Assembly (NCBI GenBank): GCA_965226585.1
Contig: OZ245366.1
Coordinates: forward strand, 1,420,248 to 1,484,247
DNA length: 64,000 bases
Direction of reading: 5' to 3'
From: Thermodesulfobacteriota bacterium
GTDB lineage: Bacteria > Desulfobacterota_D > UBA1144 > Nemesobacterales > Mycalebacteriaceae
Part shown: positions 55,129-64,000 of the stretch, in pieces
Layout: each line of letters begins with the position of its first letter
How positions within the stretch are numbered: position 1 is the first letter of the stretch
Notes under the pieces: model-generated
What the model was told of the DNA's origin: nothing
The model's database searches: none
The model's input: only the letters and a program-made list of their open reading frames with translations
Made by a program: the position numbers and the translations under genes

Positions 55129-56939
55129 AACGCCTGCCCGATATCCAGAAACACCTGATACCTTGACAGCCTCGGGTTGTGATTGAGCGCGTACCCGAAA
55201 TCAAGCGCGACAGGTATGCCCGCCACTTTGTATCTCAAACCGAAACCGGCGGCGTATTTGAGGTCGTCAAAACGGTAGTCAAAACTTCTTTTCTTAACGC
55301 TTCCGTAGTCAAGAAAAACAACGCCTCCCAGTTTAGGGGGTTTCAGGGGAAACCGCGCCTCAACGCTTCCCGTTAAAAGCGAGTTCCCGCCTTCGGGGTT
55401 TTTCTGCGCATCAAGGTCTCCCAGGGTTTGAAATGAATAGCCTCTGACATTTTTGGCTCCGCCCGCGAAAAGCCGGGAAAACGGGGGAACATCATCGCGC
55501 GATGTGCGGCCGAAATTCTCAATGAATCCGATTTGAAACTTCTTTGCCATCACAACTCCCGCAAAATCGTAGTAGCCGGTCGTCTCAAAAACGGTTCTGA
55601 AATACTCCTCGTCCGAGCCGATAAGACTTGGAGAGAGTTCGGTGTTGAGACTTGCCGTAAATCCGCGCGTGGGGTCAACCTGATTGTCCGTGGCATTGAG
55701 TGACACCCCGCCTCTTAACAGGACCAGAATAATGTCCTCAAGCCCCCTCAAACCGCCCGGATTGTCTGAGTAACTTTCTATCTCGGAATCTATAAAGGTC
55801 GGGCTGAAGCGGGCGGAGAGAAGCCCGTCTTTGAAATCCTTTCTGAACTCGGTGGAGAATATGAGAAAGTCCGCGTTGTAACTGGGGAAATCGTCTCTGC
55901 GGATGTCAAAAATCACTGAAAGTATAGAACTCTCGCCGAAAATTCCCGGCTGTTGAATAACGGCGGCGGCTCCCCGGGACGCGAAAGACGCCCAGGCGGA
56001 AAGCTCAAGGTTTCTGTTCAGGTTCAGAAAGTTTCTGTTGATAAACTTCACGTGCCCGCGCGCCTTGTCCACCCTGCCCGCTCCGGCGCGGAACTGGATG
56101 GTCATCGATTTTCTCGGAACCGGTCGTATCACCGTGTTGACAGACGCCGTGCGCTCGTCAATCGTTGAGATGATTGAAACGGACTCGAAGTAGCCCAGAC
56201 CCAGAAGGCGTCTTTTTGTCTCAATCAGTTTTGCCGGCGAACTCGGCTCTCCGGTTTTGTAGGAAATTCTTTCAATCACAATCTCCCTGAGGTTCTCATC
56301 GGACATCTGAATATCTATGTTGCCAAAGGTGTGCACCCTTCCGGGGTCTATTGTGAAGGTAACAAAAGCGCGGCGGTCGGCGCGGTTAATCTCGCCCTTT
56401 GAATCAACCGAAGCGGTCGCGTATCCAGCCTCCAGAAGGGTTCTTTTTACAACGCCCTTCGCTTTTTGAAAACGCCGGACTGAAAACCGTTTCCCTCTTA
56501 TGAGCGGAATCTTTTCAAGCGCCGCCCGCAGGCTGTCTATGTGCTTATCGGGAAAATCGTCCGGAGTGCTAATATCAACTTTTGACACAACAACCGGGCT
56601 TCCGAGCGCTATGTCTATCCTGATGTCAACCGCGCGCCCTTCGCCGTTTCTTCTCTCCTGCCACACAACAGACGACTGGTGGTATCCGTTTCCCACAAGA
56701 AACTGCCTGAGTCTGTCTATGTTTCTCTCAACTCTGAACCTGTCAAATTCCGGACGGGGTTTCCAGAAAAACAACGCTCTGCCCGGCACAATTTCCGAGA
56801 TAATGCTTTTTATCTCAACTGTGTCAATATCGCCGTTTCCCCTTATCTCCACGCTTTTTATGTACGGCTGCGACGCCTCCTGAGCCGAGGCGGGAGCGGC
56901 AAGAAGAATCAGAAAAAGGAGTAAAACAAGCCCGCGCAT
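55125..56939 (-). CDS. Omp85 family protein (TamA-like)
   Basis: Signal peptide, POTRA-like repeats, AGGAKNVRGY, GFGLRY, terminal IGQAF. Confidence 0.88.
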   Translation of the reverse strand: MRGLVLLLFLILLAAPASAQEASQPYIKSVEIRGNGDIDTVEIKSIISEIVPGRALFFWKPRPEFDRFRVERNIDRLRQFLVGNGYHQSSVVWQERRNGEGRAVDIRIDIALGSPVVVSKVDISTPDDFPDKHIDSLRAALEKIPLIRGKRFSVRRFQKAKGVVKRTLLEAGYATASVDSKGEINRADRRAFVTFTIDPGRVHTFGNIDIQMSDENLREIVIERISYKTGEPSSPAKLIETKRRLLGLGYFESVSIISTIDERTASVNTVIRPVPRKSMTIQFRAGAGRVDKARGHVKFINRNFLNLNRNLELSAWASFASRGAAAVIQQPGIFGESSILSVIFDIRRDDFPSYNADFLIFSTEFRKDFKDGLLSARFSPTFIDSEIESYSDNPGGLRGLEDIILVLLRGGVSLNATDNQVDPTRGFTASLNTELSPSLIGSDEEYFRTVFETTGYYDFAGVVMAKKFQIGFIENFGRTSRDDVPPFSRLFAGGAKNVRGYSFQTLGDLDAQKNPEGGNSLLTGSVEARFPLKPPKLGGVVFLDYGSVKKRSFDYRFDDLKYAAGFGLRYKVAGIPVALDFGYALNHNPRLSRYQVFLDIGQAF

Positions 56940-56983
56940 ATCCGTCCGTCAGAACAGTGGAAGCGGACAAGGAAAGTTCTTTC

Positions 56984-58015
56984 TCACTGTCCTTTCAGTA
57001 TGTCGTATCCGGTGATTGACATACTTTTTTCCGCCATCGTTTCAACATATTCCGGGTCAACCATTCCGGCGTTCAGCGCTTTTGAGATGCGCATAAGAGC
57101 TATCTTCGCGGTCGCCTCGTCAACCATCTGCCCGGTTTCGGGGTCAAACATGCTTCCGCCGCCCTGCTCGTGGTAGAAGTCCAGCTGGTGCCGGGCTTCA
57201 TCAAGCTGTTTTCCGGTCGGGCTGAAAGCGTCGTTGGCTGTTTTCGCCTGCTGGGGATGGATAACCCACGTTCCGTCCATTCCAATCTCCGCGGAACCCG
57301 CGCATTTTTTCGCAAGCCCCTGCTCAACAGATTTGACGGTTTCGGGTTTGTCGTCTTTTCTCCATATCCTCAAGTAAACGTTGTCTATCGCGTGAAGCCC
57401 CGCCGCTTTTGCCGCCGTAATAACAGCTTTTTTCTCGTAGTAGAAAATCTCGTTCTGCCTGTCAAGCAGGAGGTCGGGGTCAAGCCCCAACTCTGCGGCG
57501 TAGTCCGCTATTCCGAAAACAAGCCCCGCCATTCTCGGAGACGCGGTCGCTATCTCGTAGGCGTATTTCACGGCGCGGGGCCTCTCAATCAGCGCCTCTA
57601 TGGCGACACTGGTTTTCCAGCCGTTCTTCTTCTCAAGTTTGTCCAGAAGGTCGGAAACGATTTTGATGTCTTCGGGTCCGTTTGATTTTGGAATTATGAC
57701 GCCGTGAAAGCGGTCAACCGCTCCGCTCATAATCGCCTCAAGGTCGCCCTTGAAAAAGTCCGAGCGCACATTGTTCGGGCGGACGGTTATAACCTTTTTG
57801 CCGAAATCAAGCGTGTTGAGAGCCTCAACCATCACTTCCCTGCTTTTGTCGCCCTTGAACTCGTAGGGGCAGGCGTCTTCAAGATCCGCCATCACGTGGT
57901 CAACCGGCGCCTTTGCCGGGTCCGCCGCGTTTGTGTGAAGTTTCATGTTGTGCCCCGGATAGGTCAACTCCGTTCTCGGAACCACAACCCTTGAGCCGTT
58001 GTCTAATACGAACAT
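56984..58015 (-). CDS. CitE/HpcH-family CoA-ester lyase (malyl-CoA/methylmalyl-CoA lyase-like)
   Basis: MADLEDACP, VRPNN, IPK, ALIE, FGIADYAA, WVIHPQQ. Confidence 0.85.
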   Translation of the reverse strand: MFVLDNGSRVVVPRTELTYPGHNMKLHTNAADPAKAPVDHVMADLEDACPYEFKGDKSREVMVEALNTLDFGKKVITVRPNNVRSDFFKGDLEAIMSGAVDRFHGVIIPKSNGPEDIKIVSDLLDKLEKKNGWKTSVAIEALIERPRAVKYAYEIATASPRMAGLVFGIADYAAELGLDPDLLLDRQNEIFYYEKKAVITAAKAAGLHAIDNVYLRIWRKDDKPETVKSVEQGLAKKCAGSAEIGMDGTWVIHPQQAKTANDAFSPTGKQLDEARHQLDFYHEQGGGSMFDPETGQMVDEATAKIALMRISKALNAGMVDPEYVETMAEKSMSITGYDILKGQ

Positions 58016-58046
58016 TTTTTATCCTCCTTTTTTTCTTATAAAACCG

Positions 58047-59213
58047 TCAGTAGATTTCAAGAAGCCGTCTGGCGATAACTTCGTGCTGTATCTCGCTTGT
58101 CCCCTCGAATATACTGAACACCCTCGCGTCGCGCCAGAATCTTTCCATCGGATATTCCGAAGAGTATCCGTAACTGCCAAATATCTGCATCGCCTCTCTG
58201 GTAACAAACTCCGCCATCTCCGCGCCCTTCGCCTTTGCCATTCCCGCCTCAAGGTCGCATCTTTCGCCCCTGTCCTTTTTTTCAGCCGCCGCGTAGGTGA
58301 GGTTTCTCGCGGCTTCAATCTCAACCGCCATTTCAGACAGTTTGTGCCTTATTATCTGAAAATCGCTGAGCGACTGCCCGAACTGTTTCCGTTCTTTGGC
58401 GTATTTGATTCCCGCTTCAAAAGCCGCCTGCCCAACACCAACCGCCCTTGCGGCGGTCTGTATTCTCGCCGCCTCAAATGTGGCCATCAACTGGTAAAAA
58501 CCTTTGCCCTCTTCAAGCCCCACAAGGTTTTCCGCCGGAACCCTGCACTCGTCAAAACTGACCGTGAAAGACTTCATCCCGTGATAGCCGATTGTGGGAA
58601 TGGGCCCGCCCGCGATGTTGGGGTGGTCTAGGGTTTCGGACGCCTCTTTTTCAACCAGAAATATGCTCAGCCCCCTGTGCCTTTTTGAAGCGTCAGGGTC
58701 TGTGCGGGCGAGAACGGCGAGAACATTCGCCCTGTTGGCAAAAGTGCACCAGGTTTTCTCTCCGTGCAGAACATAGTGGTCGCCGTCTTTTGTCGCTCCG
58801 AGTTTTACGCCGGCAAGGTCTGAGCCGTTGTCGGGTTCGGTGAAAGCCGCCGCAGACATCAATTCCGCGGTCGCGAGTCCGGGAAGAAATTTCTTTTTCT
58901 GCTCTTCGGTTCCGCCGTTTTGCAGAAGCGTTCCGGTGATTATGTTTCTCGTCATAACGCTTCCCGCGCTGAGAAGCCCTCTGCTGAGCTCCTCCGCGAC
59001 AACCGCCATGCTCACATAATCCAACCCGACTCCGCCGTACTCTTCGGGAAATATCATTCCGAAGTATCCGAGCTCTCCCATCTCCCTGATGATTTCCTGA
59101 GGGATTTCCTTGTTGTTGGTGTGTATGTCCGCCGCGATGGGAACTATCTTTTCTTCGGCAAAACGCCTGACCGCCTGTCTAATCTCTTCGTGCTCGCTCG
59201 TGCATAGAGGCAT
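58047..59213 (-). CDS. Acyl-CoA dehydrogenase, methylsuccinyl-CoA dehydrogenase-like
   Basis: EELSRG, FTEPDNGSDL, GYHGMK, FEAARIQTAARAVGV, RCDLEAGMAK, IFEGTSEIQ; motifs shared with Mcd as I recall them. Confidence 0.85.
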   Translation of the reverse strand: MPLCTSEHEEIRQAVRRFAEEKIVPIAADIHTNNKEIPQEIIREMGELGYFGMIFPEEYGGVGLDYVSMAVVAEELSRGLLSAGSVMTRNIITGTLLQNGGTEEQKKKFLPGLATAELMSAAAFTEPDNGSDLAGVKLGATKDGDHYVLHGEKTWCTFANRANVLAVLARTDPDASKRHRGLSIFLVEKEASETLDHPNIAGGPIPTIGYHGMKSFTVSFDECRVPAENLVGLEEGKGFYQLMATFEAARIQTAARAVGVGQAAFEAGIKYAKERKQFGQSLSDFQIIRHKLSEMAVEIEAARNLTYAAAEKKDRGERCDLEAGMAKAKGAEMAEFVTREAMQIFGSYGYSSEYPMERFWRDARVFSIFEGTSEIQHEVIARRLLEIY

Positions 59214-59326
59214 ATCTCTTTCTCTCCCGTCCGGAATATTCTTATAGTTTGCAGTTTGCCGGCGCGAATTTTAAGCCCGAAGGGCAACGCGCCGCCGGCA
59301 ATATGAAACCTGAATGGAGTGCTTTG

Positions 59327-59950
59327 TCAAACCGCTCGCCTTTCGCCCCCCGCCGCGCGGTACATGAGATACTTAATCTCCACTCCCTGCTCCCTGAAAA
59401 TTTTTTCAAAACCTGTGGGAGGTCTGTCTCCGGGATACGAGGCGAGCGGCGCGGGTCCGGAGCAGTTTTCAAACTCCTCAGAACGGTCAAGTATCTCCGC
59501 CACAGAGGTGATGTACTCGTCATGATCGCTTGCGACTTCAAGGCGTCCGCCCGCTCTGATGGCGGAGCCGAGAACGGAGACAAAATCCGGGCTGACTATT
59601 CTGTGCTTTCTGTGCCTGTCTTTGGGCCAGGGGTCGGGAAAGTTTATGTACACACGCTCAAAAGTGTCCGGCGCGAAAAGACCCGCCGCGAGAAAACCGT
59701 CAAGATGGATAAATCTGACGTTTTCCGCGCCCGACTTCTGCGCGGCTTTCACGGCTTTTTTGAATCTTCCGGCTTTAATCTCAACGCCTATGTGATTGAA
59801 GTCGGGCAGAAGGCGCGAAAGCTCAAGCAGAAACTCTCCGCCGCCGCAACCGATGTCCAGAGTTACGGGTTTTGAGTTACGGAAAACATCCCGCGCGCTC
59901 AAAGGCGGAAGGTGTTCCGATATGTCAAAAGCCGCGCCGCTCGCGCTCAT
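59327..59950 (-). CDS. trmB: tRNA (guanine-N7)-methyltransferase
   Basis: LDIGCGGG, GVEI, NFPDPWPKDRHRKHRI, TGFE. Confidence 0.95.
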   Translation of the reverse strand: MSASGAAFDISEHLPPLSARDVFRNSKPVTLDIGCGGGEFLLELSRLLPDFNHIGVEIKAGRFKKAVKAAQKSGAENVRFIHLDGFLAAGLFAPDTFERVYINFPDPWPKDRHRKHRIVSPDFVSVLGSAIRAGGRLEVASDHDEYITSVAEILDRSEEFENCSGPAPLASYPGDRPPTGFEKIFREQGVEIKYLMYRAAGGERRAV

Positions 59951-61026
59951 ATAAGACTCTCATCAACAACCGTGCCCCACTCGCCCTCGGGCGCAAACAT
60001 CTCACCTATGCGGAGAGGCAAAGCCATCTCAATTTTTCCGGCGCGGACTTTTTTATCCATCTTCATCGCGGCGCAAAGACTCTTTTCCATTCCCGCGGGA
60101 ATCTCAGACTGAAGCCCCGCCGCCCTCACGAGTTTATCTATCCTCTTCACATCCCCTTCCGGCATAAGACCCATCTTCCGTGAGATTTCCGCCTCGGCAA
60201 CCATTCCTATCGCAACCGCGTCTCCGTGCCCGACCGCATAGCCCGAAAGTTGTTCAACAGCGTGACCGACCGTGTGTCCGAAGTTCAGTATCTTGCGCAA
60301 ACCGCTCTCTCTCTCATCCTTCTCCACAACAGCCGCTTTTATGGCGCAACTCCTCTCAACCACTTTGCGCAAAAGGGCGGGCTCGCCCGCTGTAGCGGCG
60401 TTCACATTCTTTTCAAGAAACTCAAACAGCGCCGGGTCTTTGATGACGCCGTATTTGATGACCTCGGCAATTCCCATAGCAATTTCACGGGAAGGCAGTG
60501 TGGAGAGCAGAGATATATCCGCATAAACGGCAAGCGGCTGGTGAAACGCGCCGACAAGGTTTTTTCCCGCGGGTGTGTCAACGCCGGTTTTCCCTCCAAC
60601 CGCGCTGTCCACGCAGGCGACAAGAGTGGTGGGAACCTGAACATACGGCACGCCCCTGCAGTAGGTTGCCGCCACAAAACCCGCGACATCTCCCGCCACT
60701 CCGCCGCCCAGCGCGATAACGCCGCAGTCTCTTCCAAACAGGGCTTCCTGCATCGCATCTTCAAGGTTCTGTTTGGTCTGTCTGGTTTTGTTGCTCTCGC
60801 CCGCGGGAAACTCGAACATATGAGCCCGGCAGCCGCTCTTTTCCAGTTCCGCCATAAGGGCGGGAGCGCATATCCGCGCCACGTTGGAATCGGTTATAAC
60901 CGCGCACGACTGCGCCCAAGCGGACGCAACGGTTTCGGACGCGACAAGCGGGAAGAGGTTTTCTCCTATCTTTATACGGTAGTCGCCGCCCGGGGCGCGA
61001 ACTTCAACTTCAGATTGTATGAGCAT
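59947..61026 (-). CDS. aroB: 3-dehydroquinate synthase
   Basis: ALGGGVAGD, PTTLVACVDSAVGGKTG, KNLVGAFHQP, LNFGHTVGHA. Confidence 0.97.
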   Translation of the reverse strand: MLIQSEVEVRAPGGDYRIKIGENLFPLVASETVASAWAQSCAVITDSNVARICAPALMAELEKSGCRAHMFEFPAGESNKTRQTKQNLEDAMQEALFGRDCGVIALGGGVAGDVAGFVAATYCRGVPYVQVPTTLVACVDSAVGGKTGVDTPAGKNLVGAFHQPLAVYADISLLSTLPSREIAMGIAEVIKYGVIKDPALFEFLEKNVNAATAGEPALLRKVVERSCAIKAAVVEKDERESGLRKILNFGHTVGHAVEQLSGYAVGHGDAVAIGMVAEAEISRKMGLMPEGDVKRIDKLVRAAGLQSEIPAGMEKSLCAAMKMDKKVRAGKIEMALPLRIGEMFAPEGEWGTVVDESLI

Positions 61027-61037
61027 CGGGCGATACT

Positions 61038-61556
61038 CTAAACTTCAAACTGCACCGCTGAAAAAACCGGCTCCTTGAGTTTTGAAGCCCCCTGGAGACC
61101 GGTGAGTTCTATAAGAAAAAGGTATCCCGCAACCTTTCCTCCTATGCTCCTCACAAGCTTCCCGGATGCCTCCGCCGTGCCGCCGGTCGCGAGCAAATCG
61201 TCAACAATCAAAACCTTTTCGCCTTTTTTTACCGAGTCTCTGTGTATCTCAAGCGAGTCCGTTCCGTATTCAAGGTCGTAGGATTCCGCCTTTGTAGAGT
61301 GGGGAAGTTTCCCCATTTTTCTTATAAGAACCAGCCCGCCGCCCAGCTTCGAGCAGATGGCGGAGGCAAAGATAAAACCCCTTGATTCTATCGCCGCGAC
61401 CGAGTCAAACTCTATGCCTTCAACCAGCGACAGCATACGGTCAACCGCTGCGGAAAAAACTGCGCCATCTTGAAGAACGGGGGTTATGTCGTGAAAACAT
61501 ATGCCCTTGCGGGGGAAATCCTGAACATCTCTGATATGGCTCTTGATATCAAGCAT
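61038..61556 (-). CDS. apt: Adenine phosphoribosyltransferase
   Basis: [36 protein letters not shown]. Confidence 0.97.
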   Translation of the reverse strand: MLDIKSHIRDVQDFPRKGICFHDITPVLQDGAVFSAAVDRMLSLVEGIEFDSVAAIESRGFIFASAICSKLGGGLVLIRKMGKLPHSTKAESYDLEYGTDSLEIHRDSVKKGEKVLIVDDLLATGGTAEASGKLVRSIGGKVAGYLFLIELTGLQGASKLKEPVFSAVQFEV

Positions 61557-61575
61557 GGAATGATATTATAGGGAT
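61557..61575. promoter_or_regulatory. Putative bidirectional -10 element serving two divergent leaderless genes
   Basis: 19-bp spacer GGAATGATATTATAGGGAT; TGaTATTAT-N6-ATG on plus, TATAAT-N8 or TAATAT-N6-ATG on minus. Confidence 0.55.
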
Positions 61576-62196
61576 ATGGGATTTTCTTCAACTCTGCGCC
61601 TTGCCGCGCGAAGCGGTATTGCGGCGGTTTTTACCGCTCTGCTGCTTCTCTTCGCGCCCGCCCAATGTTTAGCGGACGGCGGGGAGTCTGTGCTGGGTTT
61701 TAGGTTTGATATCTCCGCAAAAGAGACAAAGAAGGCGGCAAAGGCAGAGGGGCTTGAAATGATTGAAGAGGAAAAGGACAAAGACGGCAGAAAGAACATT
61801 GTGTTTCGCGGATCTTTCAACGCCGTTTTCGTGCCGGGGAAAAACACAAAAACGAAAGTCTCTTTTTTCAAAAACAGAATTGAGACAGTTGCCGTTATCA
61901 CGGAAGGGGCAGACGCAAGCAGCGCGCGGGAACTTGAAGATTTTATTTCAGGCAAATACGGCGCGCCGGATGCGGATGAAAAGGTTTTCTCCTACACGGT
62001 GAAATCGTGGGAACTGGAGGACTCAAGACTGACGATCAGCCACAGCGGCGGCGGTGTTCTGAAACTCGCGCAGACTGACACACGCACGAGAAAGAAACGG
62101 CGCGAAAGAGACATAGCAAGGGACAAAAGGAAAGACCGCAGACATCCCGTCCAGAAGATGATTGACGGAGATTTCTCAAAACCGGAATACAGGTAA
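61576..62196 (+). CDS. Hypothetical exported protein
   Basis: Signal-peptide-like N-terminus; no other motif. Confidence 0.7.
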   Translation: MGFSSTLRLAARSGIAAVFTALLLLFAPAQCLADGGESVLGFRFDISAKETKKAAKAEGLEMIEEEKDKDGRKNIVFRGSFNAVFVPGKNTKTKVSFFKNRIETVAVITEGADASSARELEDFISGKYGAPDADEKVFSYTVKSWELEDSRLTISHSGGGVLKLAQTDTRTRKKRRERDIARDKRKDRRHPVQKMIDGDFSKPEYR

Positions 62197-62197
62197 G

Positions 62198-64000
62198 TCA
62201 GCCGCAGTTTTCAAGAACAAGACCGGCAATGTCGCCCATTATGGGCGTGAGGGAAAAATCCTTCGGCGTGTACACCTTTTTAACTCCGGATTTGACGAGT
62301 TTTTTCACGTCTTCATCGGGGATGATGCCGCCCGCTATGACGGGAATGTCTGACATTCCCCTGCTTTTGAGCATCTTCATTATGCGCGGAACAACGGTGT
62401 TGTGAGAGCCGGAAAGGATGCTGAGGCCTATGAGGTCAACGCTTTCCTGCTCCGCCGCGCTGACTATCTGCTCGGGCGTAAGGCGTATGCCCTGATAAAG
62501 AACCTCCATTCCCATGTCTCTCGCCCTCACGGCTATCTGTTCCGCGCCGTTTGAGTGGCCGTCAAGACCGGGTTTGCCTATGAGGATTTTCGGGGGCCTG
62601 CCAAGCGCGCTTCTTATCTTTTTGACAGACATTATCACGTGCTTTTCGTCGTCATGCCTGCTGTCGCGCGAGATGCGGACACCCGCCCCCGTGGGCGCTC
62701 TGTACTCGCCGAACTCTTTTCTGAGCGTGTCCGCCCACTCGCCGGTTGTAACCCCCGCCTGCGCGCAGTCAACCGAAGCGGGCATTATGTTCGCGCCTTT
62801 GCGCGCCGCGGAAGTGAGAGCCTTCAGAGACTTCTCAACTTTCTTTGAATCCCTCTTTTTTTTGAACGCGGCAAGCCGCTTTATCTGGTCATTTACAAGG
62901 GCGGGGTCAACCTTGTGTATTGAAGTTTCAAGCGATTTCGTAAGAGGCGATTCCTCGGTCTCCTTAAAGCAGTTCACGCCAATCCGCATAATGTCTCCCG
63001 ATTCAATCTCCGCCATTCTGCGCGCGTTTGAGGTTACAAGACTCTCCTTCATATAGTCTATGCTTTCAAGCGCGCCGCCCATTGCGGTGATTTTACGCAT
63101 CTCGGAAAGGGCGTCTTTTTTCAACTGTTTCACCTTTGCGCCCACAACTTTTGAGCCGTCAAATATGTCCGGATACTCAAGGATGTCGGTCTCAAAAGCC
63201 AGTATCTGCTGAAAACGCAGAGACCACTGCTGGTCCCACGGTCGCGGAAGCCCCAGCGCCTCGTTCCACGCAGGAAGCTGAATCGCCCGCGCCCTTGAGT
63301 TTTTTGAAAGCGTAACGTCAAGCATCTGAAGTATTATGCGCGCCACGTTGTTTTCCGGCTGGTCTGCGGTGAGACCGAGCGAGTTGACCTGAACGCCGTA
63401 TCTGAACCTGCGCATCCTTTCGTCCTTCACGCCGTATCTCCTGCCGGTGAGGTCGCGCCATATCTCAGACATCGCGCGCAGTTTGCAAATCTCCTCCACA
63501 AAACGGATGCCTGCGTTGACAAAAAACGATATTCTGCCAACCATCCCGGGGAAATCTTTTTCCGCAATCGCGCCGCTGTTTTTAACGGTGTCCAGCACGG
63601 CGGCGGCGTTTGACATCGTGTACGCAATTTCCTGAACAGGGGTCGCGCCCGCCTCCTGGAGGTGGTAACTGCAAATATTGACGGGATTCCATTTGGGCAC
63701 GTTTTTGTACGAATACGAAACCATGTCTGAGATGAGTTTTATTGATTCTTTCGGCGGAAATATGTACGTGCCGCGAGAGAGGTATTCCTTGATTATGTCG
63801 TTCTGGGTGGTTCCCTGAAGCAGTGACGGTTTTGTGCCGCGCTTGCGGGCAACCGCTATGTAGAGGGCAAGCAGCCACGCGGCGGTGGCATTTATCGTCA
63901 TTGAGGTGTTCATCTTTTCAAGGGGAATGCTGTGGAAAAGCGCTTCCATATCCTCTATGTGGCAAACCGGAACGCCGACCTTGCCGACCTCTCCCTCGGC
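62198..64000 (-). CDS. ecm: Ethylmalonyl-CoA mutase (MeaA/Ecm), 5' end outside window
   Basis: GTTQNDIIKEYLSRGT, CSYHLQEAGATPVQE, FRYGVQVNSLGLT, QLPAWNEALGLPRPWDQQWSLR, B12 motif GLDGHSNG. Confidence 0.93.
   Translation of the reverse strand, partial: AEGEVGKVGVPVCHIEDMEALFHSIPLEKMNTSMTINATAAWLLALYIAVARKRGTKPSLLQGTTQNDIIKEYLSRGTYIFPPKESIKLISDMVSYSYKNVPKWNPVNICSYHLQEAGATPVQEIAYTMSNAAAVLDTVKNSGAIAEKDFPGMVGRISFFVNAGIRFVEEICKLRAMSEIWRDLTGRRYGVKDERMRRFRYGVQVNSLGLTADQPENNVARIILQMLDVTLSKNSRARAIQLPAWNEALGLPRPWDQQWSLRFQQILAFETDILEYPDIFDGSKVVGAKVKQLKKDALSEMRKITAMGGALESIDYMKESLVTSNARRMAEIESGDIMRIGVNCFKETEESPLTKSLETSIHKVDPALVNDQIKRLAAFKKKRDSKKVEKSLKALTSAARKGANIMPASVDCAQAGVTTGEWADTLRKEFGEYRAPTGAGVRISRDSRHDDEKHVIMSVKKIRSALGRPPKILIGKPGLDGHSNGAEQIAVRARDMGMEVLYQGIRLTPEQIVSAAEQESVDLIGLSILSGSHNTVVPRIMKMLKSRGMSDIPVIAGGIIPDEDVKKLVKSGVKKVYTPKDFSLTPIMGDIAGLVLENCG

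Overview
Bacterial chromosomal window with a GC-richer housekeeping backbone interrupted by visibly AT-richer accessory blocks. The backbone carries hemW, eno, leuCD, an hpf-ptsN-hprK-rapZ-EIIA cluster, ccr, trpS, sulfite reductase, tRNA-Arg, tRNA-Ser, plsC/lipid kinase, rpsB-tsf-pyrH-frr, serS, ald, bamD, mtnA, dksA, panBCD, a TamA-like gene, mcl/mcd-like genes, trmB, aroB, apt and ecm. The lineage cannot be fixed from sequence alone. Accessory blocks: (i) 8.8-15.3 kb has a DUF4160-type TA pair, a DUF4011-helicase-Vsr (Hhe-like) gene and a PD-(D/E)XK gene inside the trpS-ccr transcription unit. (ii) 19.5-25.5 kb, next to the tRNA-Ser 3' end, has HEPN/MNT, a truncated NERD gene, an uncharacterised pair (large membrane protein plus a protein whose motif order resembles a phage portal) and RelE/XRE-Panacea. 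(iii) 32.3-42.2 kb, downstream of serS, has defence-like cassettes separated by copies of the serS 3' end (a 140-bp copy with 6 mismatches and a degenerate 33-bp copy), with no integrase visible. The best candidates for new biology are the orphan portal-like/membrane-protein pair and the serS-tail-delimited cassette array with its ParB-like/nuclease/C5-MTase trio. All family calls come from motif recognition by eye; no searches were run.
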